Source: a virus
Virus record (IMG/VR): IMGVR_UViG_3300036715_003541
Coordinates: 21,346-85,345 of that record
DNA: 64,000 bases
Direction: 5' to 3' (one strand)
In this document: piece after piece, positions 47,196 through 56,705 of the stretch
Numbering within the stretch: the stretch's first letter is position 1
How the letters are laid out: the number at the start of each line of letters is the position of its first letter
Program-made: the position numbers and the translations under genes
Notes under the pieces: generated by a model
Told to the model about the DNA's origin: nothing
Seen by the model: the letters and a program-made list of their open reading frames with translations, nothing else
The model's database searches: none

Positions 47196-47777
47196 TTATT
47201 TCTTTATAACCAATGATTTCAAACATTTATCAATTTTTTGATAAAAACTATCAATACTTAAATCATTATTAATAACATAATCAAACTCATCATCTAAAAT
47301 GAAATCCATTTCGTTTTCGGATGGTGAATCTATTTTAGATATTTTCTCTCTTTTCACACGTATCATAAAAAAACCATTTTTCTTTAAAGAATCAAATTCA
47401 TTTCTAAATCTAACATCTGAAAATATAAATGATTTTTCTTTTGATTTTCTTACATCTGCCAAGGCAGATTCAATCCAAATATTTTCATTATAATTTCTAC
47501 CATTTGTCCCAATATCAATTAAAAGCTGTCTTACTGTTAGTTTTTCATTTTCTTTAAATGAATCATCTATTACAGAAGCTCTTAATTGTGAGGGTCCATA
47601 AATCCATTCTTTTGGAATATCAGGGTACATAATACCAGCTATTTCTTTTAATGGATCGGCAAATGCTTTTTTTGTTAAATTGAAATCTTTCATCATTTCG
47701 TGATTTAAAATAAAAGAAGCGGCAGTATCTTTTCCTGATCCTGCCTTACCTGAAATTGCTATCTTAACTTGTTTCAT
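47196..47777 (-). CDS. Deoxynucleoside monophosphate kinase
   Basis: GKAGSGKDT, FADPLK, RQLL..IG, SDVRFRNE, SE. Confidence 0.88.
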   Translation of the reverse strand: MKQVKIAISGKAGSGKDTAASFILNHEMMKDFNLTKKAFADPLKEIAGIMYPDIPKEWIYGPSQLRASVIDDSFKENEKLTVRQLLIDIGTNGRNYNENIWIESALADVRKSKEKSFIFSDVRFRNEFDSLKKNGFFMIRVKREKISKIDSPSENEMDFILDDEFDYVINNDLSIDSFYQKIDKCLKSLVIKK

Positions 47778-49921
47778 ACAATCCTTGATACTTTATTATA
47801 ATCTTGGGTTATGTTTATTGTATTATTCATTTTAGACTTAAATTCTTTATTATGTGAAATTACCAAAACTTTGAATATTTCTGAGAATTTTTTAATAATC
47901 TCATAATATGAATCAATAGATGATTCATCCAAAGGATGATCTACTTCATCTAATAATAACATTCTAAAATCACTGCCAATAATGTTTTTTAAAATAAACA
48001 TCAAACCTATCTTTAGAGAAAAAATAGCAGCTAAACTTTGTGCTCCTGATAATTGCTCAAATACACGCTCTCTACCATTGATGTGATAAAATATATCTAG
48101 TGTATCTTGAGATTCATCTTTTTTCATTCTCTGAGTAGAAAATGATAAACTTAAACCTTCATGCAATTGTGGCAATATATTATTCGCTTCTGCCTGTAAA
48201 TCATCTAACATATTTTGAACAATAAAGTTAGGAATACCAGTAGATGAAAACGCTTGGACAACATATGGATAAGCTTTTATCTTTTCATTTAAATCTTGAA
48301 TTTTTACATTTATCTCTTGTATTTTTTTAACATTCGCTTGAATTGTATCTATCTCATATTGATAATTATTTATTGATTGACTTGATATCTTTGATTCAAA
48401 AGCTTTGATTTGATTTTCGATATCTTCCTTCTCAGATAAACATTCTTTATAAGCCTTGTATTCATCTGTAATTGAAATATCAATATTTGTTTTTGATAAA
48501 TCATCAATCTCTTGAGAAACTTTTAATATCTTTTCTTTTTCAACATTCAATTGTTGATTATATTCCTCATACATTTTCTTACGCTCCTCATAAAGAGGTT
48601 TTGCATCTTCAATGTATTTAGTATGTTCAATTATTTTTTGATTATTCTTTTGACCATTTGTAAATAACACATTTAATTCATTTAATGTTTTTATAGTATT
48701 TAATAATTGCAATTTATAATCAGTTAATTCTTTTTCTTTACTTGAAATGGAATTATCAATATCTTCTTGACATTTTTGAAGATGCTCTTTGGACAAATCA
48801 TTTCTACAATAATCACATTTTGTTCCACTTGGAAGTGGAATTTTTAACTTTTTAATTTCATCTTCAATTTGCTTGATACTTGACTTTAATGAAATAATAT
48901 TATTTTCAGTAGTTGATATTTGTGATTTAATTTCATTTAAATCAACATTTGATAACAAAGATAAGTTTTTCTTTGATTCATCAATTTTAGATACAATTTC
49001 TTTTGCACTAGCTGCTGTTTGAGATTTTCTCGTAGAAATAGTGGTGATGTTTTTATCAACATTTACTTTATCTAAAAGTAATGTATCTATTTTTGATTTA
49101 ATAGATTTGTAATATGTTTGCTTCTCTAAAACCTTTTGATGTTTTAATGAATATTCGGGTTTTTTAGAATCTAAAAGAAAACAAAGCTTTTCTTTTTCAG
49201 CAACAAGTTGTTCTTTTATTTTATTACTTTCACTTATCTTCTCTAGTAAAGCAGGTATTTTGTAAGAACAATCTTCCATGACTTCTAGCTGGGCATTGTA
49301 CTTGTCAATTTCTTTTTGAAGCAATGAGCTTTTTTCTTTTGCTATTTTTTCTAACTTTGCATAAATGGCTAAATTCAAAGATTCTTTTAATAAAGATTTT
49401 CTTTTTGTAGGTGTAAGTTCTGCCAAACTAGAATTATCATCTTTTTGAACAAAATGAACAGTGCTTCTAAAAGAAGTGTAATTCATTTTTATTAATCCAC
49501 TTAAGAACTTTTCTGTGTGTGAAGTTGTTCTTGATGACAAATCCTCCCAATATGGCTCCGAATCTTTACCAAAAGACTTATGCAAATCATTATCTTCTTT
49601 TAGTTTTAATATAGTTAAATCTGTACTTCCTCTTTTGTTTCTTGAGCGAGATACACGGTATGTATTATCATCTAACTCAAAATCCAAAATAACTTTGCAT
49701 GAATCTTGATCATCTCTAATAATTCTTTCTAATGCAAAATCACACTCATTGAATAAAACATATTCAATGGCTTTAAACAAAACACTTTTTCCAATTGCAT
49801 TTGTTTTTGTGCTATTACCTTCTACCGCCCCTGTAATAAGTGCATATGAAAACTTTGTAAAATCAACCGATGATTCTGCGAAACAACAAAAATCTTTAAC
49901 ATATAATCTTAAAGGTAACAT
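47774..49921 (-). CDS. sbcC: SbcC/Rad50/gp46-like SMC ATPase
   Basis: Walker A NAIGKS, Q-loop, zinc hook CDYC, LSGAQ signature, LLLDEV, ISH. Confidence 0.9.
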   Translation of the reverse strand: MLPLRLYVKDFCCFAESSVDFTKFSYALITGAVEGNSTKTNAIGKSVLFKAIEYVLFNECDFALERIIRDDQDSCKVILDFELDDNTYRVSRSRNKRGSTDLTILKLKEDNDLHKSFGKDSEPYWEDLSSRTTSHTEKFLSGLIKMNYTSFRSTVHFVQKDDNSSLAELTPTKRKSLLKESLNLAIYAKLEKIAKEKSSLLQKEIDKYNAQLEVMEDCSYKIPALLEKISESNKIKEQLVAEKEKLCFLLDSKKPEYSLKHQKVLEKQTYYKSIKSKIDTLLLDKVNVDKNITTISTRKSQTAASAKEIVSKIDESKKNLSLLSNVDLNEIKSQISTTENNIISLKSSIKQIEDEIKKLKIPLPSGTKCDYCRNDLSKEHLQKCQEDIDNSISSKEKELTDYKLQLLNTIKTLNELNVLFTNGQKNNQKIIEHTKYIEDAKPLYEERKKMYEEYNQQLNVEKEKILKVSQEIDDLSKTNIDISITDEYKAYKECLSEKEDIENQIKAFESKISSQSINNYQYEIDTIQANVKKIQEINVKIQDLNEKIKAYPYVVQAFSSTGIPNFIVQNMLDDLQAEANNILPQLHEGLSLSFSTQRMKKDESQDTLDIFYHINGRERVFEQLSGAQSLAAIFSLKIGLMFILKNIIGSDFRMLLLDEVDHPLDESSIDSYYEIIKKFSEIFKVLVISHNKEFKSKMNNTINITQDYNKVSRIV

Positions 49922-51094
49922 TCATTTCTCCAATGAGTTAAATAATTCAATCATAATAGAAGTTGCCTCATTCCTTATTGAATCGGGAAGTGTTTTGCTA
50001 TATTCTACAATAGATTCTTTTACAGAAATTCCAGCAGAAATATTTGTGTTTTTCTTTTTTACTAAATTTAGCTTCTTGCTTTCAGTAATAGAAGAAACAG
50101 ATCTCACACCATTTGCTTCAAGCATTTTTTCTATTTGTTTTTTGTCCGTTGATTTTGTACCAACCGAATTTGATTCTATTTCAACTTTAATAATTTGATT
50201 CTTTAAATCAAGTTTTGAAATATAATCCTTTACATATTCTGTTCCATCTTCAATATTTTCTGGAATTGAAATGCTAATTTTATGTAATTTTTTTGTAGGG
50301 ATAACTACTGTTTCATGAGAGAAGTTATCATAATTAAAAACAACAATATTTTTTATATGTTCAGACTCTCCAAAGTTAGAAATATCCATGCTTCCAACAT
50401 GACTAATCAAAGGTTTTTTTGAAAGAACTTGTGGAGTGTGAACATGTCCCATCCAAACAGCATCATATCCTTCAAAATAATCCAATGGAACAATCAACTC
50501 ATTAAGCAAATCATCAAACTCATCTCCAACAGGGATTGAGCCTTCTAAGGCTAAATGTCCTATGCAAATTTTTACCATTGAGTTTGGTATTTCAATTCTT
50601 TGATAATCCAATGTAGATTTGATCTTGTGCAATGCTTCAATTGGTGTTTGAACAAAATATGACTTTTTATCTCGAAATGGTGCGATTGTTATACCACAAT
50701 TTCCAATATATATATTTGTAAATGAATTGTAAACATATACATTTGGTATTTCAGCTTCATTTATAATATCCAATGGTGAGGTATAAAAATTACCAAATCT
50801 AAAAAAATCATGATTACCAAATATAATATGAATTTCTATATTATTTATAGAACATGATCTTAACCATTTAATCAATTCAACAATAAGCTCTTGATTTGGT
50901 TTTGGGTCTTCAAATAAATCTCCTGTTATAATAATATGGCTACAATGATTATTTATTGCATAATCGGATACCCAATGTAATAAATTGAATTGATCTTGTA
51001 TTTTTGAATTTGACAATAGTAAAGCATCGCTTTTACCTAATGCAGAAGCCCCCTTACCAATGTGTGGGTCTCCTAGAATAATTGCTTTTGACAT
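49922..51094 (-). CDS. sbcD: SbcD/Mre11/gp47-like nuclease
   Basis: GDPH, GDLFE, GNHD and GHVH metallophosphoesterase motifs. Confidence 0.9.
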   Translation of the reverse strand: MSKAIILGDPHIGKGASALGKSDALLLSNSKIQDQFNLLHWVSDYAINNHCSHIIITGDLFEDPKPNQELIVELIKWLRSCSINNIEIHIIFGNHDFFRFGNFYTSPLDIINEAEIPNVYVYNSFTNIYIGNCGITIAPFRDKKSYFVQTPIEALHKIKSTLDYQRIEIPNSMVKICIGHLALEGSIPVGDEFDDLLNELIVPLDYFEGYDAVWMGHVHTPQVLSKKPLISHVGSMDISNFGESEHIKNIVVFNYDNFSHETVVIPTKKLHKISISIPENIEDGTEYVKDYISKLDLKNQIIKVEIESNSVGTKSTDKKQIEKMLEANGVRSVSSITESKKLNLVKKKNTNISAGISVKESIVEYSKTLPDSIRNEATSIMIELFNSLEK

Positions 51095-51630
51095 ACGTTG
51101 TTCTCTATAATGAAATCTTGAATCTTTTTATCTGTTTTTTCAATCAAAGATAATAATGCTTTTGGATTATCATTTAAATTATACTTATCATAAAGTATAT
51201 CAAATTTCTCCAAAACATTTTCTAAGAAAAGTGAAAACTCTTCTGAATTTACATCACTTCTTATATTTCTTATTTTTGTGAAAAATAAAAGTAAATTGTC
51301 TGTAAGGTCTTCGTAGGGTTCATCTGTATATGTCGCATCTTCGCAGTTGAACAACTGAATTATTTTGCGCGCCGCTTCAATCGGCTTACAATTTTCATAT
51401 GCGCTTACAAAGTCAACAGCATGAATACCTGTTTTACACCCAAAACACCAAAATGTATTTTTATCTGGATAATAGTAAAAAGAAGGTGTGGATTCACGCC
51501 CTTGTGCATGTGATTTAAAAGGACACTTTATTTTCCTATTACTTTCAGATAATTTTAAGTTGTAGTATTTAAACAGCTTTGTTAACTTTAATGTATTTGC
51601 TGTTTTAAATATATTGCTAGTTGTTTCCAT
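51073..51630 (-). CDS. Stand-alone CHC2 zinc finger (primase zinc-binding domain) protein
   Basis: CPFKSH...ESTPSF......FWCFGC...DFV.......EAA. Confidence 0.8.
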   Translation of the reverse strand: METTSNIFKTANTLKLTKLFKYYNLKLSESNRKIKCPFKSHAQGRESTPSFYYYPDKNTFWCFGCKTGIHAVDFVSAYENCKPIEAARKIIQLFNCEDATYTDEPYEDLTDNLLLFFTKIRNIRSDVNSEEFSLFLENVLEKFDILYDKYNLNDNPKALLSLIEKTDKKIQDFIIENNVCQKQLF

Positions 51631-51636
51631 AAATAT

Positions 51637-51657
51637 AAAAGGCGCTTTGCAGCGCCT
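51637..51657 (-). terminator. Rho-independent terminator
   Basis: AGGCGCT-GCAA-AGCGCCT-TTT on the minus strand (GNRA loop). Confidence 0.7.
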
Positions 51658-51660
51658 AAA

Positions 51661-52104
51661 TTAGTAAGTGACTTGATTTTGTGTTACTTTGTCTATCTCA
51701 GATAGTTTATGCTCTATACTATTCAATCGATCTCTCAATGAATTCATAAGAGTTAAAACAAGAGTCATACCAACCAAAGAGCCGGTTCCTTCTGGTTCAT
51801 TTTCATCTTGATTTAAAGATGAGATAAGTTCAAGCAACTCCTTTAAATTTGATCTTTCCATTTCTTTAACAATAACGCTTTTGTTTTCTGTTAAAGTTTT
51901 GTTATCAAAATCTTTTTTGAATTTCAAAACAGACAATGCTGCTTTTTCTTTGTTTTTTCTTTGCTGATCAATAATCTCATCAACCTTCTCATCAAATTGC
52001 TTAACAGTTGGTTGCTCTTTATCCGCTTTCTTTTTATCAAAAACAGATGGCTTTGAGAAAAAACCATCTTTTAAAGAACCTGATGGTTTAGAGTCATTAC
52101 TCAT
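51661..52104 (-). CDS. Hypothetical protein
   Basis: 147 aa, helical. Confidence 0.6.
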   Translation of the reverse strand: MSNDSKPSGSLKDGFFSKPSVFDKKKADKEQPTVKQFDEKVDEIIDQQRKNKEKAALSVLKFKKDFDNKTLTENKSVIVKEMERSNLKELLELISSLNQDENEPEGTGSLVGMTLVLTLMNSLRDRLNSIEHKLSEIDKVTQNQVTY

Positions 52105-52415
52105 TTTTTTCTCTCAATAACAACAAACTTATCTACTTGACTAATCGTAAATCCAAATGGCGCAACATATTCTTCAATGGCTGGTAAAGCCGCTGACGCC
52201 TTTAATGTAACATACAATTTACTTGGATCAACTGTAACGGGTGTTGCGTGTGTGTGAACAAATTGTTTTGGCAATGAAAACAAATGTATTTCAATATTTT
52301 TAATGGTATCCCAAATAACATCAGCTTCACTTCTTGAATGACTTTGTGTAAATGTTGGTTGTGATGTAGGTTGTACAACTGTTTCGGAATCTTCAATACG
52401 TTTAATTTTTGTCAT
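52101..52415 (-). CDS. Hypothetical protein
   Basis: 104 aa, GGAG RBS. Confidence 0.6.
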   Translation of the reverse strand: MTKIKRIEDSETVVQPTSQPTFTQSHSRSEADVIWDTIKNIEIHLFSLPKQFVHTHATPVTVDPSKLYVTLKASAALPAIEEYVAPFGFTISQVDKFVVIERKK

Positions 52416-52714
52416 TTTTTTTCTCCAAAATATTTAATTAATTTTGATTTTAGCGCGCTCGCCATAACTATACCCTCTGTGCGTGATCTCTCTATCTTGT
52501 CTTTTATAAAAATAAATGTTGGCACACAAGTGATGTTATGTTTTATTTTTAATTTTTCAAATTGATAAACATCAATAGCAAATATATCACACTTGTATTT
52601 TTCAGATAAATTATTAAGTACTTTAACAAATCTTTGTTTAAAAGGCATTTGCTGTGTATAAAAATACAAGATGCAATTTTGTGTTATTTCAGATTCATTA
52701 ACTATAAAAATCAT
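52412..52714 (-). CDS. Thioredoxin-fold protein without CxxC
   Basis: ILYFYT, AIDV, ITCVPTFIFIKD..E..R.EG; the active-site position reads QQMPF. Confidence 0.7.
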   Translation of the reverse strand: MIFIVNESEITQNCILYFYTQQMPFKQRFVKVLNNLSEKYKCDIFAIDVYQFEKLKIKHNITCVPTFIFIKDKIERSRTEGIVMASALKSKLIKYFGEKK

Positions 52715-52905
52715 TACACTTCTTTTTTCTCTTTTGCTTTAATATCTGTTACTTCTTTTAACTTTTCAGTCAACATGTTTGCAAGATCTAAATGATAAGT
52801 ACTTATATCCTCAGACTTAAGAACTTGTTTATCTATTAAAATCTTTTCTAATGCAGAAACTCTAACTAACAAATCAGCAACCAACACAATTAATTCTTCG
52901 TTCAT
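52714..52905 (-). CDS. Small hypothetical protein
   Basis: Likely start MNEEL with AAGGA RBS; LLVRVSALEKILIDK. Confidence 0.55.
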   Translation of the reverse strand: MNEELIVLVADLLVRVSALEKILIDKQVLKSEDISTYHLDLANMLTEKLKEVTDIKAKEKKEV

Positions 52906-53102
52906 TTTTTTTCCTTTTGGATGCAAGAAAAACAACCCATAGATTGTTCTACTTTAACAGTTGTTTTTAAACAATGTTGACATTTTTTATCTGCGCATAA
53001 TTCGCAAATAACATACAAAGAAAAACAAATTGGTTCCTTACATTTAAGACACAATTTATCTTTCTTTATATTCATTAGTTTTTGGCAGGTATTACAAAGC
53101 AT
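52902..53102 (-). CDS. Small Cys-rich zinc-finger protein
   Basis: Five CxxC motifs in 66 aa. Confidence 0.55.
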   Translation of the reverse strand: MLCNTCQKLMNIKKDKLCLKCKEPICFSLYVICELCADKKCQHCLKTTVKVEQSMGCFSCIQKEKK

Positions 53103-53329
53103 TATTTTTTTAGTTTTTTCAATAGGCTTTTGAAAGATTTTTTATCTGTATACCAAGCGATTATTTTTTTAATATCTTTATAGCCTTCTAATGGATCAGA
53201 CTTATCAATGCATTCTTTGCATATTTTAAAATTTGTTACATTAATTTCACTTGACACTTCATCATCCAGTAAATCTGGATCAAATTCTTTGGCACAAACA
53301 ATACAATTAATATTCATAATCACACTCAT
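53102..53329 (-). CDS. Small zinc-finger protein
   Basis: CIVC and CKEC. Confidence 0.55.
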   Translation of the reverse strand: MSVIMNINCIVCAKEFDPDLLDDEVSSEINVTNFKICKECIDKSDPLEGYKDIKKIIAWYTDKKSFKSLLKKLKK

Positions 53330-53846
53330 CTCTAAAAAAATTATCCCATTCTTGATTCCAATCCAAAGGACGATCTACCAACATTGTGATGGGTATATAC
53401 CTTGGAATAATAGGCATGGAATGAAGCTTCATATTAGCTTCCGAGGGTGTTTTACAATCTTTTTTATTATTGCATTCCCAACAAGATATTACACAATTTG
53501 TATATGTTGTTTTACCGCCACGAGATTGTGGAGTAACATGATCAATTGTTAGTTGTGTGGGAGATAATTTCTTTAAACAATATTGACAAGTAAACCTATC
53601 TCTTTTCGCTAAAAATCTTTTAGAAAAAGAAAGGTTCTTAAAACCATTAACTTTTACAAAATATTTTAAACGGATGATAGAAGGTTGCTTTATTTTTTTG
53701 TCCATAAATTTAAATTTACGAGAGTCTTCCCAATAAGAAATAACTTCTACTTTATCTTTAAATAAATATGTGAGAGCTTTTTTCTCAGAGACAAAATTAA
53801 TCACCTTATAATCTTGATTCAATAATAATATTTTTCTATCATCCAT
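53307..53846 (-). CDS. HNH endonuclease (McrA-like)
   Basis: LLLNQDY, PSIIRL, RDRFTCQYC, TIDHVTPQSRGG, NCVISCWECNNKK. Confidence 0.9.
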   Translation of the reverse strand: MDDRKILLLNQDYKVINFVSEKKALTYLFKDKVEVISYWEDSRKFKFMDKKIKQPSIIRLKYFVKVNGFKNLSFSKRFLAKRDRFTCQYCLKKLSPTQLTIDHVTPQSRGGKTTYTNCVISCWECNNKKDCKTPSEANMKLHSMPIIPRYIPITMLVDRPLDWNQEWDNFFRDECDYEY

Positions 53847-53873
53847 GTTAAATATCTTTCCAGTATATAATGT

Positions 53874-54572
53874 CTAGCTCACGACAAAATCCTTTAACTC
53901 AAATAACCCTTGTCTTTTTTCAACAGTAATTGGGTATTTTATTTCAATTGGTTTTTTTATACCATTTACAGGTGCTTTTTGCAACTTAACCATGTATGTG
54001 CCAGGAGGCAAGGATCCGCTCCACCTTCCCGTATTGTTTGTTCTTGTTTTTAGTAAAAGCTCATTTGTTTTTTCATCCATTACTTCAATCGATGCCATGA
54101 ACACAGACTTATTGGTAGATGTAATAATGCGTTGAGAGAAAGGCACAGAGCCCATCATAGGCGTTTTCGACTCGGTGGGTGGGGCGGCAGGCACGAAGTC
54201 TTCAGAATCGATTTTAAACTTATCCTCGCTTGATAGCAATGCTGGTGTAAATTTTACATTTGTTTCTTCGCGCTTACTTCTAGGTGTTTCTTGTGGGCTT
54301 TCATTTTTTTGAACAAAAGAACCTGATTCAATATAAGTTGCGCCATTATCTTTTTTCATAGGAATATGTTGATCATCTAACCCATCTGTAATAATAAATC
54401 TTGGTGTAACTTGAGGCTGAGATTCAGGTGCTTTATTTTGAAATACTTGTGTTATTTTATTGGATAGAATCTTTATTTGCAAATCCTGAGATTTAACAAT
54501 ACCAACCAATAAATCAATTTTAGATTCTAAATCAACCAAAACTTCTACTGCTGTTCTTGTTTTTACACTCAT
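53874..54572 (-). CDS. Coiled-coil plus C-terminal prealbumin/carboxypeptidase-regulatory-like beta domain protein
   Basis: TRTNNTGRW...LPPGTYMV. Confidence 0.55.
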   Translation of the reverse strand: MSVKTRTAVEVLVDLESKIDLLVGIVKSQDLQIKILSNKITQVFQNKAPESQPQVTPRFIITDGLDDQHIPMKKDNGATYIESGSFVQKNESPQETPRSKREETNVKFTPALLSSEDKFKIDSEDFVPAAPPTESKTPMMGSVPFSQRIITSTNKSVFMASIEVMDEKTNELLLKTRTNNTGRWSGSLPPGTYMVKLQKAPVNGIKKPIEIKYPITVEKRQGLFELKDFVVS

Positions 54573-54575
54573 AAA

Positions 54576-55058
54576 TTACTCCAAAAAATCTATAGCCAAT
54601 TTTATTTTCTTATACACACTAATATTTGACATATCCACATTGTCTTTTAAACAAGAAATAGCTGTATTAAGAGCGCCAGATTTATTACCAACAAAAATAA
54701 TTTCATCTATATTGTAAACAATATAATCACATGATTCTTCTTTTGATTCAAGATTTACTACATCTTGATTATTATCCAAATAACCAGAAGAAGGAATTTG
54801 ATAATTCATATTTTGATCTTCATATTCAAGATCATCTTGTTTTTTATTTGAAGAAGGCTCTTGCTCTTCATCAACATATTCTTGAATATCAGTCTTATAT
54901 TTGGTCCACTCTGCATCTGGTTTACGTGCTTCATTAAGTTTTTCTTCTAATTCTTCTTTACTTAAGAAAGTTTTTTTGCTTTGTGGTCTGTTTAAAATAG
55001 AATCATCAAATTCTTTTGGTTTTATATTCAATTGTTTGTATGCTGGTATGTATTTCAT
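54576..55058 (-). CDS. Hypothetical acidic protein
   Basis: 160 aa. Confidence 0.55.
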   Translation of the reverse strand: MKYIPAYKQLNIKPKEFDDSILNRPQSKKTFLSKEELEEKLNEARKPDAEWTKYKTDIQEYVDEEQEPSSNKKQDDLEYEDQNMNYQIPSSGYLDNNQDVVNLESKEESCDYIVYNIDEIIFVGNKSGALNTAISCLKDNVDMSNISVYKKIKLAIDFLE

Positions 55059-55060
55059 AT

Positions 55061-55090
55061 AAAAAAGACAGCGTATAATCGCTGTCTTTT
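55061..55090 (-). terminator. Terminator hairpin overlapped by GATATATA motif
   Basis: aaaagacagcg-tataat-cgctgtctttt. Confidence 0.75.
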
Positions 55091-55095
55091 ATATA

Positions 55096-55413
55096 TCACT
55101 GATCTTGATAGTCTTTTTCTTTTGATTTGCCGTCTTTTTTATCTTTTGGCTTTTTGGCTTTTTCAGTTTGTTCAAATAACTTTGATTTTGCTTCTTGTCG
55201 TTTTCGACGGCGTTTTTGAGATGGCTTCTCGTAAGTCGATTTCTCCTTATAAAGAGAAATGATTTTTTCCTTTTGAACAAGCGCTCGAAACATTCGAGAG
55301 GCGCGATCGAAATTACCGCCATGAACTTTTACTTCAAGTGGTTTTAAATCAAGTAATTCACCAGGACGAACAGTTTCAGTTTCTTTGTATTCTTTTTTCA
55401 TAACTAGCCTCAT
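55096..55413 (-). CDS. rpsU: Ribosomal protein bS21 homolog
   Basis: VKVHGGNFDRASRMFRALVQKEKII..YKEK..YEKPSQKRRRK, the S21 signature. Confidence 0.88.
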   Translation of the reverse strand: MRLVMKKEYKETETVRPGELLDLKPLEVKVHGGNFDRASRMFRALVQKEKIISLYKEKSTYEKPSQKRRRKRQEAKSKLFEQTEKAKKPKDKKDGKSKEKDYQDQ

Positions 55414-56705
55414 TTAATATATTGATCAATTGAAAATTGTGTTTGTGAAGATTGTTTTTTATCATTCACGATTTGTTGTAATGCAGATTTTACATCTTTA
55501 TAAGATGCTTTCAAATTGGACGTGTTGCTTGACTCTTTTTTAGACAAACATGAAAACATAGAAGAAACGTATATTTCTTTCAAATAAGCATAAGATAATT
55601 TATTTGAAAAACATTCTTTTGCTACCTCAGTATATTGCTTTTGAGTTAATGATTTCTTAAACCATTTCTTCAAATAAACTTCACACATTTCTTGTGTGGG
55701 TAACTTTATCTCAAATTTACGATCAAATCTTGATGGTCTTTCAAGAATAGATGACTTTAATTTCTTTGGATCATTTGCCGTTGCTACAATGAAAAAACCA
55801 TTTGCAGAAGACACACCATCAAGCAAATTCAAAAATGCTGACATATCAATTGCACCAGATGCCATCATGGAATCTAAATCTTCTATATAAAGAAGAGCAG
55901 GGCTTTGTGTTTTTGCATAAGCAAATGCTTCTTGCAATGAAACTAAATCTGATTGTGGTGGAATGGTAATTGGCTTAAAATTATAAACAGACATTATTGT
56001 TTTGATAATGCTTGTTTTGCCAGTGCCAGGTGGACCCAGTAAAAGCATACCTCTTTTCCAAGGTATTTTATTATCCAAGTAAAATTGTTTGTTATTCAAA
56101 AATCCCTCAATTGTTGAAATAACTTGTTCTTTTGTTTCTTGCTCAAGAAACAGATCATCCCAAGATAAATCCTTGGAATAAGGAATAGGTGAGCTATTTA
56201 CTACAGCAATAACATGATTCTCATGGTCTTTTTCAATAAGCCATTGCTCATATTCTTTCTTGAATTCAAGATACTTATCAAGTAAGGAATCTTCCACACC
56301 AACAACAAATGTTAATTCATCTTCATTGTTTGTACCTTTTTGAAACAAGGAAGATAATACAAATACTAAATCTCCCTTGGAAACTTTAAAAGCACCAATC
56401 AATATGTATCTTTCCTCAAGATCCGTTTGAGCCCATGATGTAACAGAATGCTTGTAAACGTAACTTACTTGAACATCCTTTTCTTTACAAAAAGAAACAA
56501 ACTTATTATCAACCGTTATTTTATTATGTGCCAATAATGTGTATTTTTCGCCGGGTATTGCCTGGTCTAAATAATTTGAAACCATTTGACAATGCTCTCC
56601 GTAAGAATTTATATCTGATGGTTTAAATCCGGATGTGAGACTTTCATCTTTAATAAATTCTAATACGTCTTTATTTAATTTCTTTAATTCCATTAATTTT
56701 TTCAA
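55410..56705 (-). CDS. AAA+ ATPase (single AAA module, classical clade)
   Basis: KRGMLLLGPPGTGKT, YIEDLD, FLNLLDG, ATAN, RPSRFDR. Confidence 0.88.
   Translation of the reverse strand: MKKLMELKKLNKDVLEFIKDESLTSGFKPSDINSYGEHCQMVSNYLDQAIPGEKYTLLAHNKITVDNKFVSFCKEKDVQVSYVYKHSVTSWAQTDLEERYILIGAFKVSKGDLVFVLSSLFQKGTNNEDELTFVVGVEDSLLDKYLEFKKEYEQWLIEKDHENHVIAVVNSSPIPYSKDLSWDDLFLEQETKEQVISTIEGFLNNKQFYLDNKIPWKRGMLLLGPPGTGKTSIIKTIMSVYNFKPITIPPQSDLVSLQEAFAYAKTQSPALLYIEDLDSMMASGAIDMSAFLNLLDGVSSANGFFIVATANDPKKLKSSILERPSRFDRKFEIKLPTQEMCEVYLKKWFKKSLTQKQYTEVAKECFSNKLSYAYLKEIYVSSMFSCLSKKESSNTSNLKASYKDVKSALQQIVNDKKQSSQTQFSIDQYIK

Noticed and set aside
55089-55322. Alternative-frame 77-aa ORF overlapping bS21
   Set aside because: It is an out-of-frame overlap of a clearly recognisable gene, with no independent support.
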